DNA of 64,000 bases from an uncultured Muribaculaceae bacterium (lineage in GTDB: Bacteria; Bacillota_I; Bacilli_A; RF39; UBA660), in NCBI GenBank assembly GCA_964513345.1, contig CAZELY010000001.1:8289-72288 (forward strand). The letters are read 5' to 3'. A program made the position numbers and the translations under genes. Of the stretch, positions 53,419-62,972 are shown one piece after another (the stretch's first letter is position 1; the number at the start of each line of letters is the position of its first letter). The notes beneath the pieces were generated by a model. It had not been told where the DNA came from. It saw nothing but the letters and a program-made list of their open reading frames with translations, and did not search any database.

Positions 53419-54990
53419 ATGAAGTATAAAATATATAATGTTATTTATTTTATTGTGTTAGTAATTATCTCCGTAATAATAACGGGGTCGTTTTTCATTA
53501 GAAACGAATTTCCAGTTACAACATTTGACGAATTACATTTTTATTTAACAAATGGTGTAGGGAATTCGGATGTTAATGTTTTTTTAGATGCTATTAAAAC
53601 TTGTTTACCTTATTTTTTACTTTTAATGATAGTTTTTTGCTTCATATTTTTTGATATTACATGTGGACGTTTCAGTATAAAATATCATTCTAAAAAAAGA
53701 AGCAAACGTGATCGAAGAGTTAAAATAAATAAATTTATCCAAATTTATCCATTCAGAATTATTTATAAACACCGATTTATATTAGTTTCCTTTTTAGCGA
53801 TTATATCATTAGTAATTGCCACCTATAACTTAGACTTTGTGAAATTCATTCAAAATTCCAAATTGAAATCGGAATTTGTCGATGTTCATTATATCGATCC
53901 TAAAAATACTAATGTAACATTTGATCAAAAAAGAAACCTTGTGCTCATTTTTGTCGAATCTTTAGAAACCTCATTTTTTTCTAAAGATCATGGGGGACAA
54001 TGGGAATATGATGTTATTCCGGAACTTTATAATTTAACAAAAGATGAAGATGCGACAGTATTTTATGACAAAAATAAAGCTAAACAATTAAATATGATTA
54101 ATGGAGCATCATGGACAACTGCTGCATTAGTTACAAATACTTCAGGTTTAACTTTTAAAATACCAATTAGTGGAAATCAGTATCATTCTGAAAATTTTAT
54201 GAATGGTGCCTATACTTTAGGCGATTTACTAGAAAAAAATGGTTATCACAATGAATTGATTTCCGGTGCTAATACAGAATTTGGCGGAGTTAAAGATTAT
54301 TATACTAGACATGGTAATTTTAAAATTATTGATTATCATTCTTTGGATGACAATCATTTAGAGCTAGATGCCAATGAAAAAAATGGCTGGGGCTTTAGCG
54401 ATAATTATTTGTTTGAAATAGCTAAAAAAAGGATCAAAGAGCTATCAAAAAATGATCAACTGTTCAATTTAAATTTGGTAACCATCGACACCCATTTTCC
54501 GGATGGTTACTTATATGATTATTCTGTGAGGAACTATGGAACTCAATATGAAAATGTTTATGCGACCACATCGAAATTAATATACGATTTTATCGAGTGG
54601 TTAAAAGAGCAAGACATATACGATAATACGACAATTGTTGTCATGGGTGATCATTTATCGATGCAAACAAATTACTTTGATAGTAGAGGCATTGAAGAAC
54701 GCTATGTTTATTGCTGTTACATTAATTCTGCAGTCAAACCAGAGAAAAACAATAATCGAGTTTACACTGCTCTGGATACTTATCCTTCCATTGTTGCGGC
54801 AATTGGTGGTAAAATAGAAGGAGAGCGTTTGGGATTGGGAGTCAATTTGTTTTCGGCAGACAAAACGTTATCTGAAAGATACGGCGTTAAAAAAGTTGAA
54901 AGCGAATTAAGTAGAAATTCCGATTTTTATAACAAAAAAATATTAGGTAAAGATTTTGAAGAGATGATTAGAAGTGAGAGTGATGAATAG
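53419..54990 (+). CDS. LTA synthase family protein (sulfatase-like phosphoglycerol transferase)
   Basis: N-terminal TM helices and an extracellular sulfatase-fold domain (NLVLIFVESLE, GASWTTAALVTNTSG, TIDTHFPDG, VVMGDHL). Confidence 0.8.
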   Translation: MKYKIYNVIYFIVLVIISVIITGSFFIRNEFPVTTFDELHFYLTNGVGNSDVNVFLDAIKTCLPYFLLLMIVFCFIFFDITCGRFSIKYHSKKRSKRDRRVKINKFIQIYPFRIIYKHRFILVSFLAIISLVIATYNLDFVKFIQNSKLKSEFVDVHYIDPKNTNVTFDQKRNLVLIFVESLETSFFSKDHGGQWEYDVIPELYNLTKDEDATVFYDKNKAKQLNMINGASWTTAALVTNTSGLTFKIPISGNQYHSENFMNGAYTLGDLLEKNGYHNELISGANTEFGGVKDYYTRHGNFKIIDYHSLDDNHLELDANEKNGWGFSDNYLFEIAKKRIKELSKNDQLFNLNLVTIDTHFPDGYLYDYSVRNYGTQYENVYATTSKLIYDFIEWLKEQDIYDNTTIVVMGDHLSMQTNYFDSRGIEERYVYCCYINSAVKPEKNNNRVYTALDTYPSIVAAIGGKIEGERLGLGVNLFSADKTLSERYGVKKVESELSRNSDFYNKKILGKDFEEMIRSESDE

Positions 54991-55610
54991 TGTTTATAAC
55001 TAAGTTTTCGAAAGCTAACTGCATTACTTTTTTAAGCATTATTTTCGGTATAATAGCGATTTATTTTAGTGTTAGTTACGATTTTATGGTCGATGAAAAA
55101 TATTTTAAATACGCTTTGATATGTTTAATGTGTGCTGGTATTTGTGACATGTTTGATGGCAAAGTTGCCCGAGCATGTAAAAGGACCGAAGAAGACATAA
55201 ATTTCGGCATTCAGCTTGATTCAATGGCAGACACTGTAAATTTTCTATGTGTACCAGTAGTAATTATGTTATCACTTGGAATGAATAATATTGTTGATAT
55301 TCTTGCTTTTATAACTTTAATTGTTTGTGGAATTTCACGACTTTGCTATTTTAACATTATTGCCTCTAAAGAAACAGTTAAATATTATACAGGGCTTCCT
55401 GTAACAACGACAGCTATTTTCTTTCCACTTATTGGATTATTATATGGAATCATCGATTCAAATACGCTAACAACCATTTACCTAATTATGACTTTCTTAA
55501 TAGCGTTTCTGTTTGTCTTTAAAATTAGAATTCAAAAATTAAAAGGGGTTGCTTATATAATTGTGCCAGTGCTTGCCTTAGCGTTACTTTGGTTACTACT
55601 AGCCCTTTGA
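54990..55610 (+). CDS. pssA: CDP-diacylglycerol--serine O-phosphatidyltransferase
   Basis: DMFDGKVARA...GIQLDSMADTV fits the CDP-alcohol phosphatidyltransferase motif. Small polytopic protein directly upstream of psd. Confidence 0.8.
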   Translation: MFITKFSKANCITFLSIIFGIIAIYFSVSYDFMVDEKYFKYALICLMCAGICDMFDGKVARACKRTEEDINFGIQLDSMADTVNFLCVPVVIMLSLGMNNIVDILAFITLIVCGISRLCYFNIIASKETVKYYTGLPVTTTAIFFPLIGLLYGIIDSNTLTTIYLIMTFLIAFLFVFKIRIQKLKGVAYIIVPVLALALLWLLLAL

Positions 55611-56431
55611 TGAAAATAATTGATAATTCGAAAAATAATAAAGGTTTATCTTTTCTTTATAATACAATTATTGGAAGGTGTTTTCTCAAAGTAATGACTT
55701 CACAAAGTGTAGCCAATATATATGCAAAATACATGAATTCTAAATTATCAAAACATAAAATTGCAAAATTTATTCAAAAAAATAATATTAATCTTAATGA
55801 TTTTGAAGATAAGGACTATTTATCTTTCAATGATTTTTTCATAAGGAAAATAAAGAAAGACAAAAGAAAAATAGAAAAAGGATTTGTAGCTGTATGTGAC
55901 TCAAAATTAAGCATTTATAAAATAGATGATAATTTGTCATTAAATATTAAAAATTCAGTTTATACTATCGATGAGCTAATTAATAAAAATAATACAAATT
56001 ATGAATACGCTTTGGTTTTTAGACTGGGTGTTGAAGATTATCATCATTATATTTTCCCCGACGAAGGTAAAATAATAAAAGAGGAAAAAATTAATGGTAT
56101 ACTTCATACTGTTCAACCAATTGCCTTAAAAAAACATAAAGTATTTAGCGAAAATACAAGGCACGTTACACTTTTAAAGTGCAAACATCTAAGTAATGTT
56201 TGTTATATTGAAGTAGGAGCCATGCTAATAGGCAAAATTGTCAATGAAAAAGTTACAAATTTTAAAAAAGGCGAGGAAAAAGGTCATTTTGAATTTGGGG
56301 GATCAACTATAATTCTTTTAATTGAAAAAGATAAAGTTTTATTTGATAATTATATTTTAAAAACCATAAATACAGGTAAAGAAATTGAAGTTAAAATGGG
56401 CGAAAAGTTAGGCGATTACTGTGAAAAATAA
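55610..56431 (+). CDS. psd: Phosphatidylserine decarboxylase proenzyme
   Basis: ATG overlaps the pssA stop (TGATG). F-E-F-G-G-S-T self-cleavage motif near the C-terminus. Confidence 0.85.
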   Translation: MKIIDNSKNNKGLSFLYNTIIGRCFLKVMTSQSVANIYAKYMNSKLSKHKIAKFIQKNNINLNDFEDKDYLSFNDFFIRKIKKDKRKIEKGFVAVCDSKLSIYKIDDNLSLNIKNSVYTIDELINKNNTNYEYALVFRLGVEDYHHYIFPDEGKIIKEEKINGILHTVQPIALKKHKVFSENTRHVTLLKCKHLSNVCYIEVGAMLIGKIVNEKVTNFKKGEEKGHFEFGGSTIILLIEKDKVLFDNYILKTINTGKEIEVKMGEKLGDYCEK

Positions 56432-57449
56432 TAAAAAAAATATAATTTATACAATCATATTAATTACAGTTATTATAATAACCATAAGAACTATTTATGG
56501 TGAAAATTCGTTAGATATAATTTTATCAAACTTGAAAAACTTTAGGATTTCTTATGGTCTAATTTGTATATTGTTTTTGACTGCTTATTTTGTAATTCAA
56601 GGGATATACATGAAATTAATATTTCGTGCGCTTAAATATAAATTGCCATTAAAAAAAGGTGTTTTTTATTCTTTAGTCGAATTTTATTTTAGTGGTATAA
56701 CTCCTTCATCCACTGGTGGCCAACCAATGCAGCTATATTATATGACCAAAGACAAAATTCCAATTAGAAAAAGTTATATTGTATTAGTATTAAATACTAT
56801 TTATTTCAAAACAATAATTTTTATTTTAAGTTTCATTGTTTTCATAACTAACTTGGATTATATTTTAACGTGTTCACCGATATATTTGTTTTTCTTTATA
56901 TTGGGATTTGTTGTAGATTTAGTGATTATAGTTTTAGCATACTTCCTTTTATTTAAACCAAAACTGATTAAAAAAGTTTTAAATGTTATGTTAAAGGTTG
57001 GAAATAAATTTAAGTTTTTGAAACAAAGACTTGCCAATATTGAAATTGATGAAGTACTTCTAAAGTACAAGGATGAATTAAATTTTATTAAAAATAATAA
57101 AAAAACAGTTTTTGTAACTTTTGTTTTAACCTTCATTCAACGACTATTAATGTTTTCAATAATTTATATTGTATACCGTGGATTAGGATTCAATGAATAT
57201 AATTATTTTGATATATTAGCAATTCAAATAATTATGCAAACAGTGGTTGAAGCTTATCCACTTCCAGGAGGTGCTGGTATTTCTGAGGGCATCCTTCATA
57301 CTTTATTCAAAAACTTGCATGGCGTTATTTTTGCCGGTAGCCTTATGATACTAACAAGAACGTTTGCGTTTTATTTGCCACTTTTAGTTAGTGGACTAAT
57401 TATTTTAATTCATTCAATATTAAAAAGACGAAAAACAAACATTGTTTAA
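56421..57449 (+). CDS. UPF0104/LPG-synthase-TM (flippase-like) family membrane protein
   Basis: Polytopic. FYSGITPSSTGGQPMQLYYM and PLPGGAGISEG motifs are typical of TIGR00374-type proteins. GTG start. Confidence 0.7.
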   Translation: MKNNKKNIIYTIILITVIIITIRTIYGENSLDIILSNLKNFRISYGLICILFLTAYFVIQGIYMKLIFRALKYKLPLKKGVFYSLVEFYFSGITPSSTGGQPMQLYYMTKDKIPIRKSYIVLVLNTIYFKTIIFILSFIVFITNLDYILTCSPIYLFFFILGFVVDLVIIVLAYFLLFKPKLIKKVLNVMLKVGNKFKFLKQRLANIEIDEVLLKYKDELNFIKNNKKTVFVTFVLTFIQRLLMFSIIYIVYRGLGFNEYNYFDILAIQIIMQTVVEAYPLPGGAGISEGILHTLFKNLHGVIFAGSLMILTRTFAFYLPLLVSGLIILIHSILKRRKTNIV

Positions 57450-57476
57450 TATGAAATAATGTTTGTTGTTTTTTTT
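57435..57476 (+). terminator. Rho-independent terminator
   Basis: ACAAACATT...AATGTTTGT stem (14-nt loop) followed by T8. Confidence 0.6.
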
Positions 57477-57510
57477 GGATAAATTTGTTAAAATCTAAAT
57501 AGGTGGTAAT

Positions 57511-57981
57511 ATGAAAAAAGTTTTATTTATTTCAAGTACCGGAGGGCATTTCAAAGAATTAATGCAATTAAAAAAACTTTTTAATGATTTTGATTATAGA
57601 ATTATTACAGAAAAAACAAAAACCAGCAAAAGCTTAAAAGAAACGTATGGCAAAAAAATAAGCTTTGTTATTTATGGCACTAAAGATCATATGCTAACTT
57701 ATCCATTTAAATTATTCATTAATTGTTGGATCTTGCTTTATCAATATATTAAATTTAGACCCAAATACATCGTGACTACGGGTGCCCATATTGCCGGGCC
57801 AATGTGTTATATCGGAAAAATCTTTGGCAGTAAAATAATATTCATTGAAACATTTGCTAATAGTGAGACTAAAACGATAACTGGTAAGCTTGTATATCCG
57901 ATTGCTGATTTATTTTTAGTTCAATGGGAAAGCATGTTAAAATTGTATCCAAAAGCCAAATATTGGGGAAATTTATTTTAG
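57511..57981 (+). CDS. Alg14-like glycosyltransferase accessory subunit (PssD/Cps14F family)
   Basis: 156 aa. SSTGGHFKEL...TTGAHIAGP...ETFAN. Paired with an Alg13-like gene. Confidence 0.75.
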   Translation: MKKVLFISSTGGHFKELMQLKKLFNDFDYRIITEKTKTSKSLKETYGKKISFVIYGTKDHMLTYPFKLFINCWILLYQYIKFRPKYIVTTGAHIAGPMCYIGKIFGSKIIFIETFANSETKTITGKLVYPIADLFLVQWESMLKLYPKAKYWGNLF

Positions 57982-57991
57982 AGGTGATGTT

Positions 57992-58471
57992 ATGATTTTC
58001 GTAGCTTTAGGGACTCAAGACAAGAGTTTTACACGACTTCTTGAAACTATCGAAAGACAAATAGAAATGGGAAACATCAAAGATAAAGTTATTGTGCAAG
58101 CAGGGTATACTAAGTTTATTTCCGATAAGATGGAAATATTTGATTATATATCTATGAGTGAATTTGAAAAGAACATAGATAAGTGTGATCTATTTATAAC
58201 GCATGGTGGAGTAGGCAATATTTTAACAGCTTTACAAAAAGGTAAAAAAATAATTGCCGCGCCAAGACTTGCTAAATATAAAGAACACACTAACGATCAT
58301 CAAATACAAATAGTTAATTCGATGGCTGAAGGAGGTTATCTTTTGAAATTTGATGAGCAAGCAAATATGGCAGAAGTATTAGAAAAAGCAAAAACATTTA
58401 AACCTAAAAAATGGCATTCAAATACTGATAAGTTCAATCATGCGCTATTAGAATATATAAAAGGTAATTAA
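57992..58471 (+). CDS. Alg13-like glycosyltransferase catalytic subunit (PssE/Cps14G family, GT28 C-terminal domain)
   Basis: MIFVALGTQDKSF...ITHGGVGNILTAL...HQIQIV. Confidence 0.75.
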   Translation: MIFVALGTQDKSFTRLLETIERQIEMGNIKDKVIVQAGYTKFISDKMEIFDYISMSEFEKNIDKCDLFITHGGVGNILTALQKGKKIIAAPRLAKYKEHTNDHQIQIVNSMAEGGYLLKFDEQANMAEVLEKAKTFKPKKWHSNTDKFNHALLEYIKGN

Positions 58472-58485
58472 AAGGGGACGATAAA

Positions 58486-59295
58486 ATGGATAATGAAACA
58501 CTAAGGAAATTGCAATTAACTGAGCTTGATATACTAAAAGATGTCGTAGCCATATTAAATAAATACAATCTTAACTATTATTTATATGGTGGGACTTTAC
58601 TTGGCGCAATTAGACACAAAGCATTTATCCCGTGGGATGATGATATTGATATTGCTATGCCAAGGGATGATTATGAAAAGTTTTTAGAAATTTGTGATCA
58701 AGAACTTCCAAATTATGAAATTCAGTCACCTTATAAAACAAAAAATTATTTTTTACCGTTTGCGAAAGTTCGAAAGAAAAACACACTGTTTCTTGAACAG
58801 CAATCTGCGAACATCGACATTTTTAAGGGAATATTCATTGACATTTTCCCGATAGATAATGTCGAAGAAAATGATTTTTCATTGAAATTGCGCGCACTTA
58901 AAATCAGAATTATTACGGATACTATAAATTATAAAACAAAAAGATCAAAAACAATTTTTTATAGTAAATACTGGTATGCCGTATTCTTATTCCAGATTTT
59001 TTCCGTAAAAACTTTATTGCTTCGCCAACAAAAAATTATGAAAAAATGTAAGAATAATAAGTCTAAATATTTAATTAGTTTTGGTAGTAGCTTCGGTTAT
59101 CGAAGGGAATTAGTCTTGCGCGAATGGTGTGAACCAACCATTGAAGCAGTATTTGAGGGTGAACGATTCAAAATTCCGAATAATTATGATGCATACCTAA
59201 CTGTTAATTATGGCGATTGGCGCAAATTACCGCCGGAAAATGAACGTGTAACTCATAATCCAATTAAAATCGATTTTGATACGACAAAAGAATAA
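58486..59295 (+). CDS. licD: LicD-family phosphotransferase
   Basis: YLYGGTLLGAIRHKAFIPWDDDIDIAMPR signature. 269 aa. Confidence 0.85.
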   Translation: MDNETLRKLQLTELDILKDVVAILNKYNLNYYLYGGTLLGAIRHKAFIPWDDDIDIAMPRDDYEKFLEICDQELPNYEIQSPYKTKNYFLPFAKVRKKNTLFLEQQSANIDIFKGIFIDIFPIDNVEENDFSLKLRALKIRIITDTINYKTKRSKTIFYSKYWYAVFLFQIFSVKTLLLRQQKIMKKCKNNKSKYLISFGSSFGYRRELVLREWCEPTIEAVFEGERFKIPNNYDAYLTVNYGDWRKLPPENERVTHNPIKIDFDTTKE

Positions 59296-59351
59296 AACTG
59301 TAAAGTTTTATTTTTTTAATTATTGTGTTAAAATGTTATAGAGGTGTTTTT

Positions 59352-60878
59352 ATGGACGAACAAAGTAATAGTAAAATTGCCTTTAAAAATGTATCGACTA
59401 ATTTAGTGCTGCAAGCAGTAATTATTATTAGTGGATTTATCATTCCGAAATTATTAATCGGAACATTTGGCTCTGCTACTTATGGTCTAGTGGCTTCAAT
59501 AACACAATTTTTGGCTTTAATAACACTTTTGCAAGCTGGAATTGGTCCGGTAATAAAAGTAAAATTATATAAATGTATTGCTGAAAAAGATAAAAATAAA
59601 ATACTGTTAGTTTTAAAAGATGCTGCAAAGTTTTTTAGAATAATCGGTTATATTTTCATCGTATATTCAATTTTGCTTTGCTTCATTTATCCATTAATAA
59701 ATGATGAGTTTGATAAATTTTTAACGATTTCGTTGATTATCGTTATGACCGTTGGTACTTTAATGGAATATTTCTTTGGATTGGTTTATAACATCTTTTT
59801 ACAAGCCGACAAGAAATTATTTATTCTTAATGGTGTCCAAATATTCTGTTATATATTCAATATTTTATTAGTAGTTCTACTTATTTATTGTGGAGCTAAT
59901 ATTATCATGGTTAAAATTGCTAATACCATTGCTTTTGGTATTAAACCAGTTTTCCAAGCATATTACGTTAAACGTAAATTAAAGTTGAGAATCAGCGAAG
60001 CTAAAGGCGAATATAAAATTGATAATAAATTTGATGGTCTTTCACAACATGTAGCTTTTGTTATTAACAGTAGTACTGATGTTACAGTATTAACTATATT
60101 TACCAATTTGACAACGGTATCAGTTTACGCCATATATAATTTAATAAATACAGCCGTTCAAAATTTTGTCGCAGCTTTTGTTACAGGCATGGACGCTATA
60201 TTTGGCGATTTATTTGTTCGTAACGAAAAAGAGCGGCTTAGAAATAGCTTTCAAATATATGAATTTGTCTACTACACATTATCGACAATTATATTCTTGT
60301 GTACGCTAGTTTTAATTGTTCCGTTCATTTCCGTTTATATGCGTGGTGTCACTGATGCTAATTATATTCAACCAGTATTTTCCATTGTCTTTATTTTAGC
60401 CGGATTTGTTTTATCAGCGCGAACAATATATTCGGGATTAATATACTCAGTAGGACATTTTAAACAAACGAATTTTGTTGCTTGGATTGAAGCCATTACA
60501 AATATTACACTTTCAATAATTTTGGTATTCAAATTTGGCTTAATTGGTGTTGCTATTGGAACCTTAGTAGCATCTTCAATAAGACTTTCATATTTTATGT
60601 TTTATGCAGCCAAAGTTGTATTAAATCGAAGTCATTTAATTGGTATAAAATGGATTATTACGTGTGCTATTGAAATAGTAGCTTGTCTTTTCGCAATGCA
60701 CTTTAACATATTGACATATTCTCCAACCAATTATTTTGAGTGGGCGATATATGCGTTTATTATTTTATTAATAATGACTATTTTTGTATTAATAATTAAT
60801 TATATATTTAATAAAGAAGCCTTTAAAAATTGTTTTTCATTTTTAAAAGCCAAAATTAAATTAAAAAAAGAAGCCTAA
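59352..60878 (+). CDS. Polysaccharide/teichoic-acid flippase (Wzx-like, MOP superfamily)
   Basis: ~508 aa with ~14 TM helices. Located inside the glycan locus. ATG 59352 follows AGAGGTG. Confidence 0.7.
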   Translation: MDEQSNSKIAFKNVSTNLVLQAVIIISGFIIPKLLIGTFGSATYGLVASITQFLALITLLQAGIGPVIKVKLYKCIAEKDKNKILLVLKDAAKFFRIIGYIFIVYSILLCFIYPLINDEFDKFLTISLIIVMTVGTLMEYFFGLVYNIFLQADKKLFILNGVQIFCYIFNILLVVLLIYCGANIIMVKIANTIAFGIKPVFQAYYVKRKLKLRISEAKGEYKIDNKFDGLSQHVAFVINSSTDVTVLTIFTNLTTVSVYAIYNLINTAVQNFVAAFVTGMDAIFGDLFVRNEKERLRNSFQIYEFVYYTLSTIIFLCTLVLIVPFISVYMRGVTDANYIQPVFSIVFILAGFVLSARTIYSGLIYSVGHFKQTNFVAWIEAITNITLSIILVFKFGLIGVAIGTLVASSIRLSYFMFYAAKVVLNRSHLIGIKWIITCAIEIVACLFAMHFNILTYSPTNYFEWAIYAFIILLIMTIFVLIINYIFNKEAFKNCFSFLKAKIKLKKEA

Positions 60879-60895
60879 TAGTATAGGCTTTTTTT
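60871..60895 (+). terminator. Rho-independent terminator
   Basis: AAGCCTA-ATAGTA-TAGGCTT followed by T6. Confidence 0.75.
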
Positions 60896-60975
60896 GATGA
60901 ACAATAATGTTTCACTGGTTTTATTTATAACAAATATATGATATAATGAGTATACTGAGGAAAAGGTGAGAGTTG

Positions 60976-61980
60976 ATGAATAATAAAATTGATTTTGTAA
61001 TTACATGGGTTGATGGAAGCGACGAGGAGTGGCTTAAAGATAAGAATAAATATGCCAAAGTAAAAATAGATACGACAAATGCCGTGAATCGATATCGCGA
61101 CATGGGAACCTTACAATACTGGTTTAGAGCTGTAGAAAAATTTGCACCATGGGTAAATAAAATACATTTTGTTACTTATGGTCATTTGCCGAAATGGTTA
61201 AATACAGATAATCCTAAGCTTAATATCGTCAATCATCAAGATTTTATTCCAAAAAAGTATTTACCGGTTTTCAGTGCCAATCCTATAGAACTTAATTTGC
61301 ACCGTATAAAAGGTCTAGCAGAACAGTTTGTTTTCTTTAATGATGATATCTTTTTATTAAAACCAATTGAACCTGAATATTTCTTTAAAAACAACTTGCC
61401 GTGTGACATGTGGCGTGAAAATATTCAGTATTGTGATAAAAATTCTGATCCGAATTTTGAAAGGCTTTTATTGAATGATAAAATGCTTATATGTCGTCAT
61501 TTTTATAAAAAAGATGTTATTAAAAAATTCCGCAATAAATGTTTTAACATTAAATATGGAAAACGAAATATTAGATTTTTACTTTTAAATAAATGGCCAT
61601 ATATGGCAGGTTTTGATAACCCACATACAGCTTCACCATTCCTAAAAAGGATATATAAAGAGGTTTGGGATAAAGAGTATGATACATTAAATGAAACATC
61701 ATTTGCAAAATTCAGAAGTGATACTGATGTCAATCAATATGCAATACAATTATGGCAATTATATAGTGGTAATTTTACGCCCAAATCTTATAAATTGTTC
61801 GGAAAGTTTTTTAATCTTTCAAATGATAATTCTGAATTATTTGATTGGATAGACAATCAAAAATCTGAACAAATATGTATCAATGATAGTGATCCAACTA
61901 TTGATTACAAAAAAGTTGTTAGTGACTTGCAAAAACATTTTGCAAAAATTTTACCAGAAAAATCTTCTTTTGAAAAATAA
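60976..61980 (+). CDS. Stealth-family sugar-1-phosphate transferase (capsule phosphotransferase-like)
   Basis: CR1 IDFVITWVDGSDEEW. CR2 RYRDMGTLQYWFRAVEKFAPWVNKIHFVT. CR3 FFNDDIFLLKP. Confidence 0.8.
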   Translation: MNNKIDFVITWVDGSDEEWLKDKNKYAKVKIDTTNAVNRYRDMGTLQYWFRAVEKFAPWVNKIHFVTYGHLPKWLNTDNPKLNIVNHQDFIPKKYLPVFSANPIELNLHRIKGLAEQFVFFNDDIFLLKPIEPEYFFKNNLPCDMWRENIQYCDKNSDPNFERLLLNDKMLICRHFYKKDVIKKFRNKCFNIKYGKRNIRFLLLNKWPYMAGFDNPHTASPFLKRIYKEVWDKEYDTLNETSFAKFRSDTDVNQYAIQLWQLYSGNFTPKSYKLFGKFFNLSNDNSELFDWIDNQKSEQICINDSDPTIDYKKVVSDLQKHFAKILPEKSSFEK

Positions 61981-62005
61981 AATTAATAATAATGAGGTGT
62001 TTTAG

Positions 62006-62965
62006 ATGGTTAAAATAAGCATAATCGTTCCGGTTTATAATGTCGAAGAATATTTATCAAAATGCTTGGATAGTTTAGTGAATCAAACGTTCGATAGTTA
62101 TGAGGTCATTGTCGTTAACGATGGCTCACCAGATAGTAGTCAAAATATAATCGATGAGTATGTTAAAAAATATCCAGAATTAATTAAAAGTTATGTCAAA
62201 GAAAATGGCGGGCAAGCAAGTGCGCGCAATTTTGGATTAACAAAAGCGGGTGGGGAATATATCGTATACGTCGATTCTGATGATTATGTTGATGAAACCA
62301 TTCTTGAAAAACTATATAATAAGACGAAAAATGACGATTCTGACATTGTTGTTTGTGCAGCAACTTCAATCGCTGGTGATAAAACTAATTTGATGGATGA
62401 TTATTCATCTTTGCAGGCTGATTTATTTAAAGAATATATTCTTGCTAGACCATCAGCTTGGTGTCGACTAATTAAAAAGGAAATATTGATTAACGAAAAA
62501 TTGAAATTTTTGGAAAACCATTATTATGAAGATGTGGCAGTTGTCCCAGCATGGTGTTTATTTTGTCATAACATTTCTTTTCTAAATGAAAGTTTATATT
62601 ATTATTTAGTTAGACAAGGATCAACCATGAATCAATTACAATACACGAAAAAACTTGAAGATATATTTGATTCACTAGAAAATTTAAGTAGTATATTTAA
62701 ATTTAAAGAATGTTATGAAACATATTTTGAAGAAATTGAATTTATATATATCGAGCATCTTCTGCATGCAGCATCATTAAGATTTTTGCCGTTTGAAGAG
62801 GGAAGAAAATCTTTAGATCGTATTGCTTCTGTTATGGAAAAAGAGTTTCCAAAATGGAGGCAAAATAAATATTATAAAAATCAGAATATAAAATATAAAA
62901 TTATTTGTAATTTGTTTTATAAAAGAAAATACAATATTCTTAAAAAAATTTTGAAAATAAAGTAG
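62006..62965 (+). CDS. Family 2 glycosyltransferase
   Basis: ISIIVPVYNVEEYLSKCLDSLVNQTF, VNDGSPD and VDSDD motifs. Confidence 0.88.
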   Translation: MVKISIIVPVYNVEEYLSKCLDSLVNQTFDSYEVIVVNDGSPDSSQNIIDEYVKKYPELIKSYVKENGGQASARNFGLTKAGGEYIVYVDSDDYVDETILEKLYNKTKNDDSDIVVCAATSIAGDKTNLMDDYSSLQADLFKEYILARPSAWCRLIKKEILINEKLKFLENHYYEDVAVVPAWCLFCHNISFLNESLYYYLVRQGSTMNQLQYTKKLEDIFDSLENLSSIFKFKECYETYFEEIEFIYIEHLLHAASLRFLPFEEGRKSLDRIASVMEKEFPKWRQNKYYKNQNIKYKIICNLFYKRKYNILKKILKIK

Positions 62966-62972
62966 GTGACAT